DNA from: a virus
Lineage: Duplodnaviria; Caudoviricetes
Virus record (IMG/VR): IMGVR_UViG_3300009678_000085
Coordinates: 1 to 43,345 of that record
DNA: 43,345 nt
Direction: 5' to 3' (one strand)
Each line of letters opens with the position of its first letter. The stretch's first letter is position 1. Positions 43,332 through 43,345 of this stretch are shown in pieces. Position numbers and translations under genes: made by a program. A model generated the notes under the pieces. It saw nothing but the letters and a program-made list of their open reading frames with translations, did not search any database and was not told the origin of the DNA.

Positions 43332-43345
43332 AGCCCGGCCTAGGG
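43332..43345. repeat. Terminal direct repeat, right copy
   Basis: Identical to 1..14. Confidence 0.9.

Overview
The window looks like a complete ~43.3 kb tailed dsDNA phage genome with podovirus-type gene content. The last 14 nt repeat the first 14. It has two arms. The + strand early/replication arm runs 39471..43222 and continues 516..13657. It carries a DUF1376-like protein, an AAA_25 helicase, an Xis-like HTH, a lipoprotein, two ParB-like proteins, a MoxR-vWA pair, an RHH, an SSB-like protein, a PD-(D/E)xK nuclease and a VRR-NUC nuclease. The - strand morphogenesis arm runs 39432..13608. It carries a split large terminase, portal, fibre, scaffold, major capsid, adaptor, nozzle and large ejection proteins. 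I recognise no integrase, ParA, DNA polymerase or endolysin. The main unexplained signal is a 14-bp palindrome, GGGCAA-NN-TTGCCC, found 18 times exactly plus 2 single-mismatch copies across the whole genome. Early copies sit next to ribosome-binding sites; late copies are embedded in coding sequence. The phage also encodes two orphan ParB-like HTH proteins, the first flanked by these sites. Together they suggest a candidate dispersed parS/operator plus ParB-clamp system. All protein assignments come from motif recognition by eye; no searches were run.
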